DNA from: a virus
Taxonomy: Duplodnaviria; Caudoviricetes
DNA: 64,000 bases
Virus record (IMG/VR): IMGVR_UViG_2870609773_000002
Coordinates: 15,181-79,180 of that record
Strand: one strand, 5' to 3'
Shown here: positions 46,556 to 54,871 of the stretch, piece after piece
How positions within the stretch are numbered: position 1 is the stretch's first letter
How the letters are laid out: the number at the start of each line of letters is the position of its first letter
Notes under the pieces: generated by a model
Seen by the model: the letters and a program-made list of their open reading frames with translations, nothing else
Told to the model about the DNA's origin: nothing
The model's database searches: none
Program-made: the position numbers and the translations under genes

Positions 46556-46770
46556 CCGGCTGGGCCCGATTCGGTGACGTCATCTTCCCGCTGTCGTCCG
46601 TGACCAGTATCTCGGTCAAGCCCACGACCGGCGGCAAGTACTACGTCGAGGTGGACCGCTACGTGGGCAACTACCTGGTCACGAACCAGACTCCCGCGAT
46701 CGACACCAAGGCGGAGGCCACTCAGACGGCCGAGCGGATCGCGCACGGTCTCTACTGGGAGGCCGCGTGA
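46552..46770 (+). CDS. Small hypothetical protein
   Basis: GTGA overlaps at both ends. Confidence 0.6.
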   Translation: MTGWARFGDVIFPLSSVTSISVKPTTGGKYYVEVDRYVGNYLVTNQTPAIDTKAEATQTAERIAHGLYWEAA

Positions 46771-47051
46771 CGTTCATCTACCGCAACGCCAACACTGGGC
46801 AGGTGGTCCCGCTTGAACAGCGAGACCCCTGCCTGGACATGTTGGACAACTGGCGGATCGTCGGCGGGCCCGAGCCCGCCGACGCGTCCGGTCCGGCTTC
46901 GGCCGGGCCGGTCCGCCCGTCCGAGCACGACAACAAGGCGGCATGGGTCGAGTACGCGGTCGCGCGCGGCATGTCCGAGAGCGACGCCAAGGCGCTGAGT
47001 AAGGCGGCCTTGATCGAGGAGTTCGGGGAGGACGACGATGGCGAGGACTGA
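46767..47051 (+). CDS. Head-associated protein with C-terminal HeH/Rho-N-like helix pair
   Basis: PSEHDNKAAWVEYA...AKALSKAALIE. Confidence 0.65.
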   Translation: MTFIYRNANTGQVVPLEQRDPCLDMLDNWRIVGGPEPADASGPASAGPVRPSEHDNKAAWVEYAVARGMSESDAKALSKAALIEEFGEDDDGED

Positions 47052-47379
47052 TCTGGCCGTCCGGCCCATGCCGCGCATCGGCGTTGCGCTCGGCGTCGGC
47101 CTGGTCGCGGCCAACGTGGACGGCAACGCCTTCGACCACACCGACCGGCGCATGCTGCTGATCAAGAACAGCAACGGCGCGCCCGCGACGGTGACCGTGC
47201 AGATCCCGGCGACGGTCGAGGGCCAGGACGTGGAGGACCTGCCGGTCACCATCCCGGCCAACGACAGCGTGCTGCTGCCGCCGTTCAGCGCGGTGTACCG
47301 GCAGGAGAACGGCAAGGTGTACATCGACTACGCGGCCCCGGCTGGCCTCACGGTCGGCGTGCTCGAACAGCCGGTGTAG
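47038..47379 (+). CDS. Putative head decoration/structural protein
   Basis: LLIKNSNGAPATVTV beta-sandwich; position after capsid. Confidence 0.6.
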   Translation: MARTDLAVRPMPRIGVALGVGLVAANVDGNAFDHTDRRMLLIKNSNGAPATVTVQIPATVEGQDVEDLPVTIPANDSVLLPPFSAVYRQENGKVYIDYAAPAGLTVGVLEQPV

Positions 47380-47381
47380 CC

Positions 47382-47774
47382 ATGGCGTACGCAACCGCTG
47401 CCGACTACACGGCATACAGCGGCCAGGCCGCGCCGCCCGACGACATCGACCGGAGGTTGGAGCGCGCGTCCGAGCGCATCGACGAGATGCTGTTCGCCTC
47501 GATCTACCCGACCGACGACGCTGGCCTGCCCACCCGGCCGGAAGACGTCGAGGCGATGAAACGGGCGACGTGCGCGCAGGTCGCGTGGACGATCGCCACG
47601 GGCGATGAGTTCGGCGTGGCTGCGGCGTTCAAGTCGGTGTCGATCGGCTCGGTCCGGCTGGACCGTGGAGGCTCCGGAGACGCGCCGCCCCCGCGGTACT
47701 CACCGGACGCCTCCTCGATCCTGCAGCGGGCCGGCCTGCTGCCCGGCTACATCCTCGACGGGAGCGTGTGGTGA
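47382..47774 (+). CDS. Head-tail adaptor (gp15-like)
   Basis: MAYAT..DY...L.RASERID...KRATCAQV...SVSIGSV. Confidence 0.8.
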   Translation: MAYATAADYTAYSGQAAPPDDIDRRLERASERIDEMLFASIYPTDDAGLPTRPEDVEAMKRATCAQVAWTIATGDEFGVAAAFKSVSIGSVRLDRGGSGDAPPPRYSPDASSILQRAGLLPGYILDGSVW

Positions 47775-48082
47775 TGCTGCCCGAATGGCTGCTGCGCCAC
47801 AAGGCGACCATCGAGCCGTTCCAAGGCGACGGCGCGTACGGCCCCGTGTTCGGGGACGCGTTCGAGGCCCGCTGTCTCGTGGACGACGAGCGGCGCCTGG
47901 TGCGCGACGCCCAGGGCGCCGAGGTCGTCTCCGACACGACCGTGTTCTTCCCTCCGGGCACCACCTGCCCGGAGGGCAGCAGGGTCACCGTCAACGGGCG
48001 GCAGACCACCGTCATCACGTCCTTCGCCCGCGACGGTGGCGGGCTGCCGACCCCGGATCACGTTGAGGTGGTGTGTCGCTGA
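47768..48082 (+). CDS. Head closure protein (gp16-like)
   Basis: H.ATIEP..G..AYGPVFG...RLVRD..G.EVVS. Confidence 0.8.
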   Translation: MVMLPEWLLRHKATIEPFQGDGAYGPVFGDAFEARCLVDDERRLVRDAQGAEVVSDTTVFFPPGTTCPEGSRVTVNGRQTTVITSFARDGGGLPTPDHVEVVCR

Positions 48083-48435
48083 TGGTCAACGCCAAGTTCA
48101 ACGCGAAGATCAACGGTGAGGAGATCACCGCAGAGATGCGGCGCGCGGCCGCGCGCGGTCTGCGCCTCGCGACCGAGCACGTGCTGTCAGTGTCCAATCA
48201 GCGGGTGCCGCACGACGTGGGCGACCTGGAGCGATCGGGCGCGGCTGTCGTTGACCGAGAGGACCTGGTCGGCGTCATCTCGTACGACACCCCATACGCG
48301 CGTACCCAGCACGAGAACCTGGACTACCAGCACAAGCCGGGGCGCACAGCGAAGTTCCTGGAGCTCGCGCTCCGCGAGGAAGCCGAGACGGTCAAGCTGA
48401 TGCTCGCCCGGCAGCTCCAGCAGGTGTTCAAGTGA
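48082..48435 (+). CDS. Neck/tail-completion protein (HK97 gp10-like)
   Basis: VP.DVGDLERSG, YDTPYARTQHE, AKFLE. Confidence 0.8.
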   Translation: MVNAKFNAKINGEEITAEMRRAAARGLRLATEHVLSVSNQRVPHDVGDLERSGAAVVDREDLVGVISYDTPYARTQHENLDYQHKPGRTAKFLELALREEAETVKLMLARQLQQVFK

Positions 48436-48881
48436 GCGGCTGGACGCGCGACCTGCTGACAGGGTTCGCGGTCCTGCTCGGCGAAGCCGACGTGGCGACC
48501 TGGAACCCGAACGGCATCTACACCGACAACCAGACGGCCCTCACGATCGGTGGCCTCCCGGCCAAGCCAGACACAGCGATTGCGCTCGCCGTGTACGGCG
48601 TAGGCCAGGCCGGCGACGACGTTGAACAGCCGGACTCGGCCGTGCAGATGCAGGCCCGATTCCGGGCCAAGACGGACCCCCGGGTTGTGGACGACCTGGC
48701 GGACGGCGTGTTCGACGCGATTCATGGCCTGGCCAACGTGACGCTCTCGACAGGCGTGCACGTGCTGCTCGCTCGGCGGACGCTCGTCGCCCCGCTCGGC
48801 CGCGACTCCAGCGGCCGGTGGGAGCGGGCCGACTCCTTCGACCTGATGGTCCATCGGCCGTCGCCGCACCGCGACGTCTGA
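48432..48881 (+). CDS. Tail terminator (minor_capsid_3-like)
   Basis: Position; LP.KPD.AIALAVY, QARFR, LGRDSSGRWE. Confidence 0.75.
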   Translation: MSGWTRDLLTGFAVLLGEADVATWNPNGIYTDNQTALTIGGLPAKPDTAIALAVYGVGQAGDDVEQPDSAVQMQARFRAKTDPRVVDDLADGVFDAIHGLANVTLSTGVHVLLARRTLVAPLGRDSSGRWERADSFDLMVHRPSPHRDV

Positions 48882-48896
48882 TCCCACCTTTCACTG

Positions 48897-48918
48897 CTGA
48901 TTGCGGTACCGCAATCAG
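48897..48918. promoter_or_regulatory. 22-bp palindromic site, copy 7, perfect (CTGATTGCGGTACCGCAATCAG)
   Basis: Self-complementary over all 22 bp; upstream of the major tail gene. Confidence 0.85.
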
Positions 48919-48948
48919 TGCTTTGACGTGCCCATTTAAGGAGTGAAC

Positions 48949-49425
48949 ATGGCGCTGCGAAGCCTGCTCGCTAAGGACTGGAAGCTCGACGTGGCGACCG
49001 GTGCCGACCCGGAGAACCCGACCTGGCTCCCCGTGCGGGGCCTGACGTCGTTCCAGGAGACCACCGACGACAACACCGAAGAGGACTCGGACTTCGACGA
49101 CGAGGAGGGCTGGGGCTCCTCCGTCGTGACCGGCCGGACGTGGCAGATCGAGGCCGAGGGCCGCCGAAAGCGGACCGACGCCGCGGTGTTCACCGCCGAC
49201 CCGGGCCAGGAGGCCATCCGGAAGGCGGCCCGCAAGGTCGGGTTCGAGGCCAACATCAAGGTGAGGTGGTACCGGCGGGACGGCGCGAACGACGCCTACG
49301 AGGGCACCTGCACCGTCTCCGAGTTCACCAAGGGCGGTTCGGTGACCGACCTGGAGCCGTTCAACTTCACGCTGCTCGGCCAGGGCGCCCCGGTCGAGAT
49401 CACGAACCCGGTGGCCACCCCGTGA
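48949..49425 (+). CDS. Major tail tube protein
   Basis: AAGGAG RBS; W..VRGLTSF, EDSDFD..GW.S, DPGQE. Confidence 0.85.
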   Translation: MALRSLLAKDWKLDVATGADPENPTWLPVRGLTSFQETTDDNTEEDSDFDDEEGWGSSVVTGRTWQIEAEGRRKRTDAAVFTADPGQEAIRKAARKVGFEANIKVRWYRRDGANDAYEGTCTVSEFTKGGSVTDLEPFNFTLLGQGAPVEITNPVATP

Positions 49426-49940
49426 CCCAGTTCCAGGACCTCGACGAGTTCTTCGACGACACCTTGCCGCTCCCGGTGGGCGGGAAGTGGTACCGCATCC
49501 CCGCCCCCGACGCCGAGGTCGGCCTGCTGTGCCAGCGGCTCATGCACGCCAGCATGGCCGCCGAGCAGGGCGAGACGGTGGACGACCCCAAGCTCAACGA
49601 GCTGGCCGAGGTTGTTCTGTCCGATGACGAGGAGCGCGACCTGTACCAGCGCATCCTCGGGCCGGTGTGGCACGAGCTGCGCACGGACGGCGTGTCGTGG
49701 CCGAAGGTCCAGCACGTCGGCGCGACCGCGCTGGTGTGGGTCGCGGCCGGTAAGGAAGCAGCCGCGAAAATCTGGGCCTCGGGCGGCGTGGGGGAAGCCC
49801 CGGCCCCGAACCGGGCGACTCGTCGGGCGACGGCAGCGGCGGCGACATCGACCCGATCTCGGGGCTCCGCGACTACTACGACCCGGACGACGGCCTCTCG
49901 GTCTCGCAAGGCCGCACCGTCTCGTGGCAAGACATCCTGA
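49422..49940 (+). CDS. Tail assembly chaperone G
   Basis: Position after tail tube; contains GGGGGAA slippery site at 49790-49796. Confidence 0.8.
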   Translation: MTQFQDLDEFFDDTLPLPVGGKWYRIPAPDAEVGLLCQRLMHASMAAEQGETVDDPKLNELAEVVLSDDEERDLYQRILGPVWHELRTDGVSWPKVQHVGATALVWVAAGKEAAAKIWASGGVGEAPAPNRATRRATAAAATSTRSRGSATTTTRTTASRSRKAAPSRGKTS

Positions 49941-50113
49941 CCCGCTGGGCGCTCGTCGAGCCCGACCTGCACGAGGTGTACGGCATCGACGTCGGCGAGC
50001 CCGGCGTGCTGCGCACCCGCTCGTGGAGGTGGCTGCGGACGCGCGTGCATGGGCTGCTGACGTGTGACTCTCGCCTGGCCCGTGCCTTGGACCCGGGCGA
50101 GGGACGGCAGTGA
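49422..50113 (+). CDS. Tail assembly chaperone GT via -1 frameshift at 49790-49796
   Basis: -1 frame reads ...WQDILTRWALVEPDLHEVYGID...SWRWLRTRVHGLL..DSRLARAL, TGA at 50111-50113. Confidence 0.8.
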
Positions 50114-50796
50114 GGCGGGTCCTCGACGCGTTCTGCGGCGTAGGCGGGGCGGCGCGCGGCTACCAGCGCGCGGGGTTCCACGTCGTCGGCGTGGACGTCC
50201 GGCCGATGCCCCGGTACTGCGGGGACGAGTTCGTGCGCGGCAACGCGATCGAGTTCATCGCCCGGTACGGCCACGAGTTCGACTTCATCCACGCGTCGCC
50301 GCCGTGCCAGGCGCACACGACGCTGACGCTCGGCACGAACCACGGTCGCGCCTATCCGGACCTGATCGCGGTGACACGGCGGGTGCTGCGGGGGACCGGC
50401 CGGCCGTGGGTGATCGAGAACGTCCCAGCCGCGCCCATCCGCCGGGACCTGATGCTGTGCGGAGCCATGTTCCCGGAGCTGGCGGTGCTGCGGCACCGCT
50501 GGTTCGAGTTCGGCGGCGTCCGCGTCGCCCAGCCCGAGCATCCGAAGCACCGCGGCCGCGTCGCCGGCTATCGGCATGGCGACTGGCACGAGGGCCCGTA
50601 CGTCGCGGTGTACGGCAAGGGCGGGGGCAAGGGGCCGACGTCGCTGTGGCAGCAGGCCATGGGCATCGACTGGCCCGCCGCCCGGCGGGAGATCCGGCAG
50701 GCGATCCCCCCGGCGTACACCGAGCTGATCGGGCGGGCTGTCCACGCGCAGCTTCCGGCCGCTGACTTCACCCCATTCAAGACCCACAGGAGGTGA
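50110..50796 (+). CDS. C5-cytosine DNA methyltransferase (short phage type)
   Basis: Motif I FCGVGG, IV SPPCQ, VI ENV, X AIPPAYT. Confidence 0.88.
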   Translation: MRRVLDAFCGVGGAARGYQRAGFHVVGVDVRPMPRYCGDEFVRGNAIEFIARYGHEFDFIHASPPCQAHTTLTLGTNHGRAYPDLIAVTRRVLRGTGRPWVIENVPAAPIRRDLMLCGAMFPELAVLRHRWFEFGGVRVAQPEHPKHRGRVAGYRHGDWHEGPYVAVYGKGGGKGPTSLWQQAMGIDWPAARREIRQAIPPAYTELIGRAVHAQLPAADFTPFKTHRR

Positions 50797-50802
50797 GACC
50801 CG

Positions 50803-53175
50803 GTGACGCTGAACGTTGGCGAACTCTTCGCGACCATCGACGTGAAGGACCGGGGCACGAGCAAGGTCAACCGGTTCATGACCTTCATGCGCGACGCCGC
50901 GAAGAAGCTCGACCTCGACGCGGGCAAGCTCGCCAAGTCGGCCGGCTCGGTGGGTGTCAAGGCCACAGCTACGGCGCTCCAGGTGTCCTCCATGGCAGCT
51001 TCGATGGCCGCCGCCGCGCAGGGCGCGGTCGGTCTGGTCGCGGCCCTGGCTCCGGCGGCGGGTATCGTCGCTGCTCTGCCGGGCGCGATCGCTCTCGGGC
51101 AGGCGGCGCTGGCCACTCTCAAGATCGCCTTGGCTGGCGTGGGCGACGCTTTCTCCGCCGCACTGGGCGACGACCCGAAGAAGTTCGAGGAAAGCCTGGC
51201 GGGGCTCTCACCTGCGGCGCAGGCCGCCGCGCGCGAGCTGCACTCGGTCAAGCCCGCGATCGACGGGCTGCGGTCCGCCGTCCAGGACGCCTTCTTCGCG
51301 CCGCTGGCCGGCCAGATCCGAGCTGTAGCGGACGCCGTGGTCGGGCCGCTGGCCAGTGGGATGCAGGGCGTGGCGCGGGAGTTCGGTCTCGCCGGTGCGG
51401 AGGCGGCGCGGTTCGCCTCCTCCTCGGCGACGGTGGCGGCCATCTCGTCCATCTTCGGATCGCTGCGTTCGGCGGTCGCTGCACTGCAGCCCGCCATCCA
51501 GCCCGTGCTGGCTGGCTTTCGTGACATCGCTGTGGTGGGCGCGTCCTTTTCGTCGGGGCTGGTTCCCGGCATCGCGTCGGCGGCTCAGCGGTTCGGAGAG
51601 TTCCTGTCCAATGCCGCTAACAGCGGTACCGCTCTTAGCTGGATGCAGGGCGCGGTGGACGTGTTCAAGCAGCTCGGACAGGTCGGCGGTGACGTGATCG
51701 GCATCGTCAAGTCGATCTTCTCGGCGATGTCCTCGGGCGGGTCCGGGGCGCTGGGCGTGGTTGGCCAGCTTCTTGATCAGCTCAACGCCTTCTTGGCGAG
51801 CGCTCAGGGCCAGCAGGCGCTCGTGGCGATCTTCACTGCGTTGTCGCAGGTCGGAAGCGCCTTGATGCCGATCTTCCGGGCGCTCGGTGGCGCGCTGGCG
51901 CAGGTGGCGCCGCACATCGGTGCCATCGCGACGGCGCTGGGTCCGGGGCTTGCCGCCGCGGTGTCCGCGCTCGGGCCAGCCTTGGCGGCCTTGGGTCCTG
52001 GGCTGACCATGGTCGCCCAGATGCTCGCACAGGCGTTCGCATCGCCGGAGCTGCAGTCCGGGCTGCTCATGCTCGGTCAGGGGCTCTCTGCCGCGCTCTC
52101 CGCACTCGCTCCTTTGCTGCCAGCGGTAGCGCAGTTGGCAGGCATCGTGGGCCAGGTCCTCGGCATTGCGCTGAGTAATCTCTCGGCTGCGCTCGGTCCG
52201 GTGATCAGTGCCTTGTCGAGTGCCCTGCAACCTGCCCTCGCGTCCATTTCGTCCGCTTTTGCCCAACTCGGGCCTGCGATGCAGCCCATTTATGCAGCTT
52301 TCGGTCAGATAGCGGGCGCAATTGTGCAATCCGTGCTGCCGCCGATCCTGCAGCTAGTCCCTTCGCTGCTAAATGGGCTAGTTCCTGCCTTTGTCGAACT
52401 GATCAATGCCGTTAATCCGCTTATTCCGCTTTTGACCGATTTGCTGGTCATGGCGATCAAGGACATCCTGCCTGCGGTCGTGCCCGTCATCCCGATCGTG
52501 ACTCAACTCGGAGTCGCCTTCGTGCAGATGGGCGCCAAGGTGGCCCAGATCGTCGCGCAGATCAAGCCCGCCATCGAGGCCGGAGTCGCGATCTTCCGCT
52601 GGATGTACAACATCCTCGTCGGCAATTCGATCATCCCCGACATGGTCAACGCCATCGGCACGTGGATCGGCACGAAGCTCATCGGCTGGTTCTCGGCGCT
52701 GCCAGGCAAGATCAAAAACGCGATGTCGTCCATAGGCCCGACCATGGCAGGCATTGCCCAGGACGTGGTCTCAGGCTTCTGGAACAAACTCCAGTCGCTG
52801 GCCAGCGGGCTGTACAACAACGTCCGCAACTTCTTCTCCAACATCGTCAAGAGCGCCAAGGACGCCCTCGGCATCAAGTCGCCGTCGAAGGTGTTCGCCC
52901 AGATCGGAGCCTTCATGATGCAAGGCATGTCGATCGGCGTGGACAAGGCCCGCGGGGTCGTCATGTCGTCGCTGAAGAAGGTGGCCACGCTGGCGACGCG
53001 GACTGCGATGCCGGACCTGTCGGTGCCGGGTGTGACCGTCCCGGACGGGATCGGCAGTGGGCGCGCCATGTCGCGGACGGTGGTCAACGTGACGAACCAC
53101 TACCCGCAGGCGGAGCCGACCTCCGTGACCGTGAACCGGTCGCTCCAGTACGTCGGCGCGATGGGAGTGATCTGA
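50803..53175 (+). CDS. Tape measure protein
   Basis: 790 aa, Ala/Gly/Leu-rich amphipathic repeats, LGIKSPSKVF motif. Confidence 0.93.
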   Translation: MTLNVGELFATIDVKDRGTSKVNRFMTFMRDAAKKLDLDAGKLAKSAGSVGVKATATALQVSSMAASMAAAAQGAVGLVAALAPAAGIVAALPGAIALGQAALATLKIALAGVGDAFSAALGDDPKKFEESLAGLSPAAQAAARELHSVKPAIDGLRSAVQDAFFAPLAGQIRAVADAVVGPLASGMQGVAREFGLAGAEAARFASSSATVAAISSIFGSLRSAVAALQPAIQPVLAGFRDIAVVGASFSSGLVPGIASAAQRFGEFLSNAANSGTALSWMQGAVDVFKQLGQVGGDVIGIVKSIFSAMSSGGSGALGVVGQLLDQLNAFLASAQGQQALVAIFTALSQVGSALMPIFRALGGALAQVAPHIGAIATALGPGLAAAVSALGPALAALGPGLTMVAQMLAQAFASPELQSGLLMLGQGLSAALSALAPLLPAVAQLAGIVGQVLGIALSNLSAALGPVISALSSALQPALASISSAFAQLGPAMQPIYAAFGQIAGAIVQSVLPPILQLVPSLLNGLVPAFVELINAVNPLIPLLTDLLVMAIKDILPAVVPVIPIVTQLGVAFVQMGAKVAQIVAQIKPAIEAGVAIFRWMYNILVGNSIIPDMVNAIGTWIGTKLIGWFSALPGKIKNAMSSIGPTMAGIAQDVVSGFWNKLQSLASGLYNNVRNFFSNIVKSAKDALGIKSPSKVFAQIGAFMMQGMSIGVDKARGVVMSSLKKVATLATRTAMPDLSVPGVTVPDGIGSGRAMSRTVVNVTNHYPQAEPTSVTVNRSLQYVGAMGVI
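51617..51638. promoter_or_regulatory. 22-bp palindromic site, copy 8 (CTAACAGCGGTACCGCTCTTAG), intragenic
   Basis: Consensus match inside the tape measure gene. Confidence 0.75.
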
Positions 53176-53176
53176 C

Positions 53177-54046
53177 ATGCCGAGCTACTCACTCGACGGC
53201 GTGCCGCTGGACCACCCGGCCGGCTGCTGGCGAACAAAGAAGGGGACGCAGAGGCGGCCCTTGCCTGGCGCGCGGGCCGTGAAGGTCAGCGTGCCGGGCT
53301 GGCACGGGGACATCCCGGTCGTCGGCCTCGACCTGGAGGCCACGACGTTCGGCCTGACGTTCAAGGTCACGTCGGCCACTCCTTCGGGGGCGGACGGCGG
53401 CTACGAGCAGATGGAGCGCAACCTGGAGGCGCTGTCGGCGTTGCTCGGGACGCGTCACCGGCTGATGAAGCTGCGCTATCAGGCGGGTTCGCTGGTCCGT
53501 GTCGCCGACGTGCAGATCACGGCCGCCAGCGAGCCGGAGGTCAACACCGGCGCTGCGACCGCCCGGCTCACGGCTGTGGTCGAGGTGCCGGGCGCGCTGT
53601 GGCGGGACGAATCCGAGTCCACCTGGGCGGGTGAGCCCAACCAGCTCGCCCAGCCGGTTACCCCGCTCGCGGGCGCGACCGGCCCCATCGTGGATGCGGT
53701 GCTGCGCTTCACAGGGCCGGCCGTGCAGCCGTCGATCGGGGACGTCGCTACGGGCGGTTGGGTGCTGCGTCCGGGCGGGCTGCTGGCGGGGGAGAGGCTG
53801 CTGATCGACTGCGGCCGGATGCAGGCCGCGGTCGTCACCGACGATACGTGGGAGCTGACCGCCGGGGACGACGTGACGGGGCAGATCGACGCGATCGGCC
53901 CCGGCTCGCAGTTCCGGTGGCTGCACCTCACTCCAAGCGTGGCGGTGGCCGATCCGTTCAGCCGTGCCGTGCTGGTCTCGACCTCGGCGACGAGCACCGA
54001 CGCCTCGTCCAAGGTGGAGATCAGGGCTCGCCGCTCCTACCTGTAG
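53177..54046 (+). CDS. Distal tail protein (Dit)-like
   Basis: Immediately after TMP; YSLDGVPL, typical size. Confidence 0.75.
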   Translation: MPSYSLDGVPLDHPAGCWRTKKGTQRRPLPGARAVKVSVPGWHGDIPVVGLDLEATTFGLTFKVTSATPSGADGGYEQMERNLEALSALLGTRHRLMKLRYQAGSLVRVADVQITAASEPEVNTGAATARLTAVVEVPGALWRDESESTWAGEPNQLAQPVTPLAGATGPIVDAVLRFTGPAVQPSIGDVATGGWVLRPGGLLAGERLLIDCGRMQAAVVTDDTWELTAGDDVTGQIDAIGPGSQFRWLHLTPSVAVADPFSRAVLVSTSATSTDASSKVEIRARRSYL

Positions 54047-54113
54047 GGGCCAATGTGGTGCACAGGACTGGTAGAGCGTTGGGATGCTACGGGATCGGCA
54101 TGGATCTGTAATC

Positions 54114-54250
54114 CATCCAATCCATCCAATCCATCCACGGATGGATTGGATGGATTGGATGAAGAATTTCCTCGCAGGATGGAAAGAAGGAAAGAAAGAA
54201 AAGCCGTATGAAGATTCCATCCATGGATGGAAGGATGGAGTCCCGGATGG
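54114..54250. repeat. GGATGG/CCATCC-rich inverted-repeat array
   Basis: Perfect 23-bp IR (54114-54136 / 54139-54161), 18-bp palindrome TTCCATCCATGGATGGAA (54215-54232), further GGATGG at about 54178, 54234, 54245. Confidence 0.9.
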
Positions 54251-54871
54251 AACGAAACTCCGCGCGAACGGTGGGATGTCGCGTACTCTGGCGGCTGCTC
54301 CAACGGCGGGCGGAGTTGCTAGACTGATTGCGCTCAGATGGCAGCTGTTCCGTGGCTGCGTCGCGAGCTGGGGTGACCCCGCCCCTGGCCGCCAAACCGT
54401 AGAGCGGGGCCCATCGGACCAGCCAGTGCGATGCCTAGCTAGGCCCGATCCCCTTAAGAAGGTCAAGCAGGGCGATCAGGAGTTGGATCATCAATAACCA
54501 CTCCTGGTCGTCCGGCTCGCCTGATCCCACTGCTTGCATTCATTCCTCCATCCGGGCCGATCCGCCTTGGGTGGGGCCGCGGCCCGCTCGGCCGCCCCGC
54601 GAGACACCCATGTGGACTGGTCCACTTGGGTCTCCCGCAGCACGGCCGCGCGACATATGGAGGAACGCGAAGCGTGAGCTATGAACCGTTAGTCTAGCGC
54701 GCCTTAAAGCGCTGCATGCCATTCTTTGCGGCTGTAGGAAACAGTAGGGAACGGGGCGTACTTCTGCGGTTTCTCCGCCTTCTGCAGGTCAGCCGTTGAG
54801 GCCGACACATTTACGACACGTTATGGCCTCGTCGAATGTTTCCAAGGTTGGGCCAACAAGGAGGCGGGCCG

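Noticed and set aside
49612-50067. Listed ORF as a separate second tail chaperone
   Set aside because: Wrong frame; the -1 frame from GGGGGAA gives the typical Trp-rich T domain instead.
54037-54497. ORFs reading HPIHPI/MDWMDW or SNPSNP/DGLDGL as real proteins
   Set aside because: The low complexity comes from the DNA inverted repeat, and no convincing RBS was seen; treated as non-coding, possibly a gene relic.
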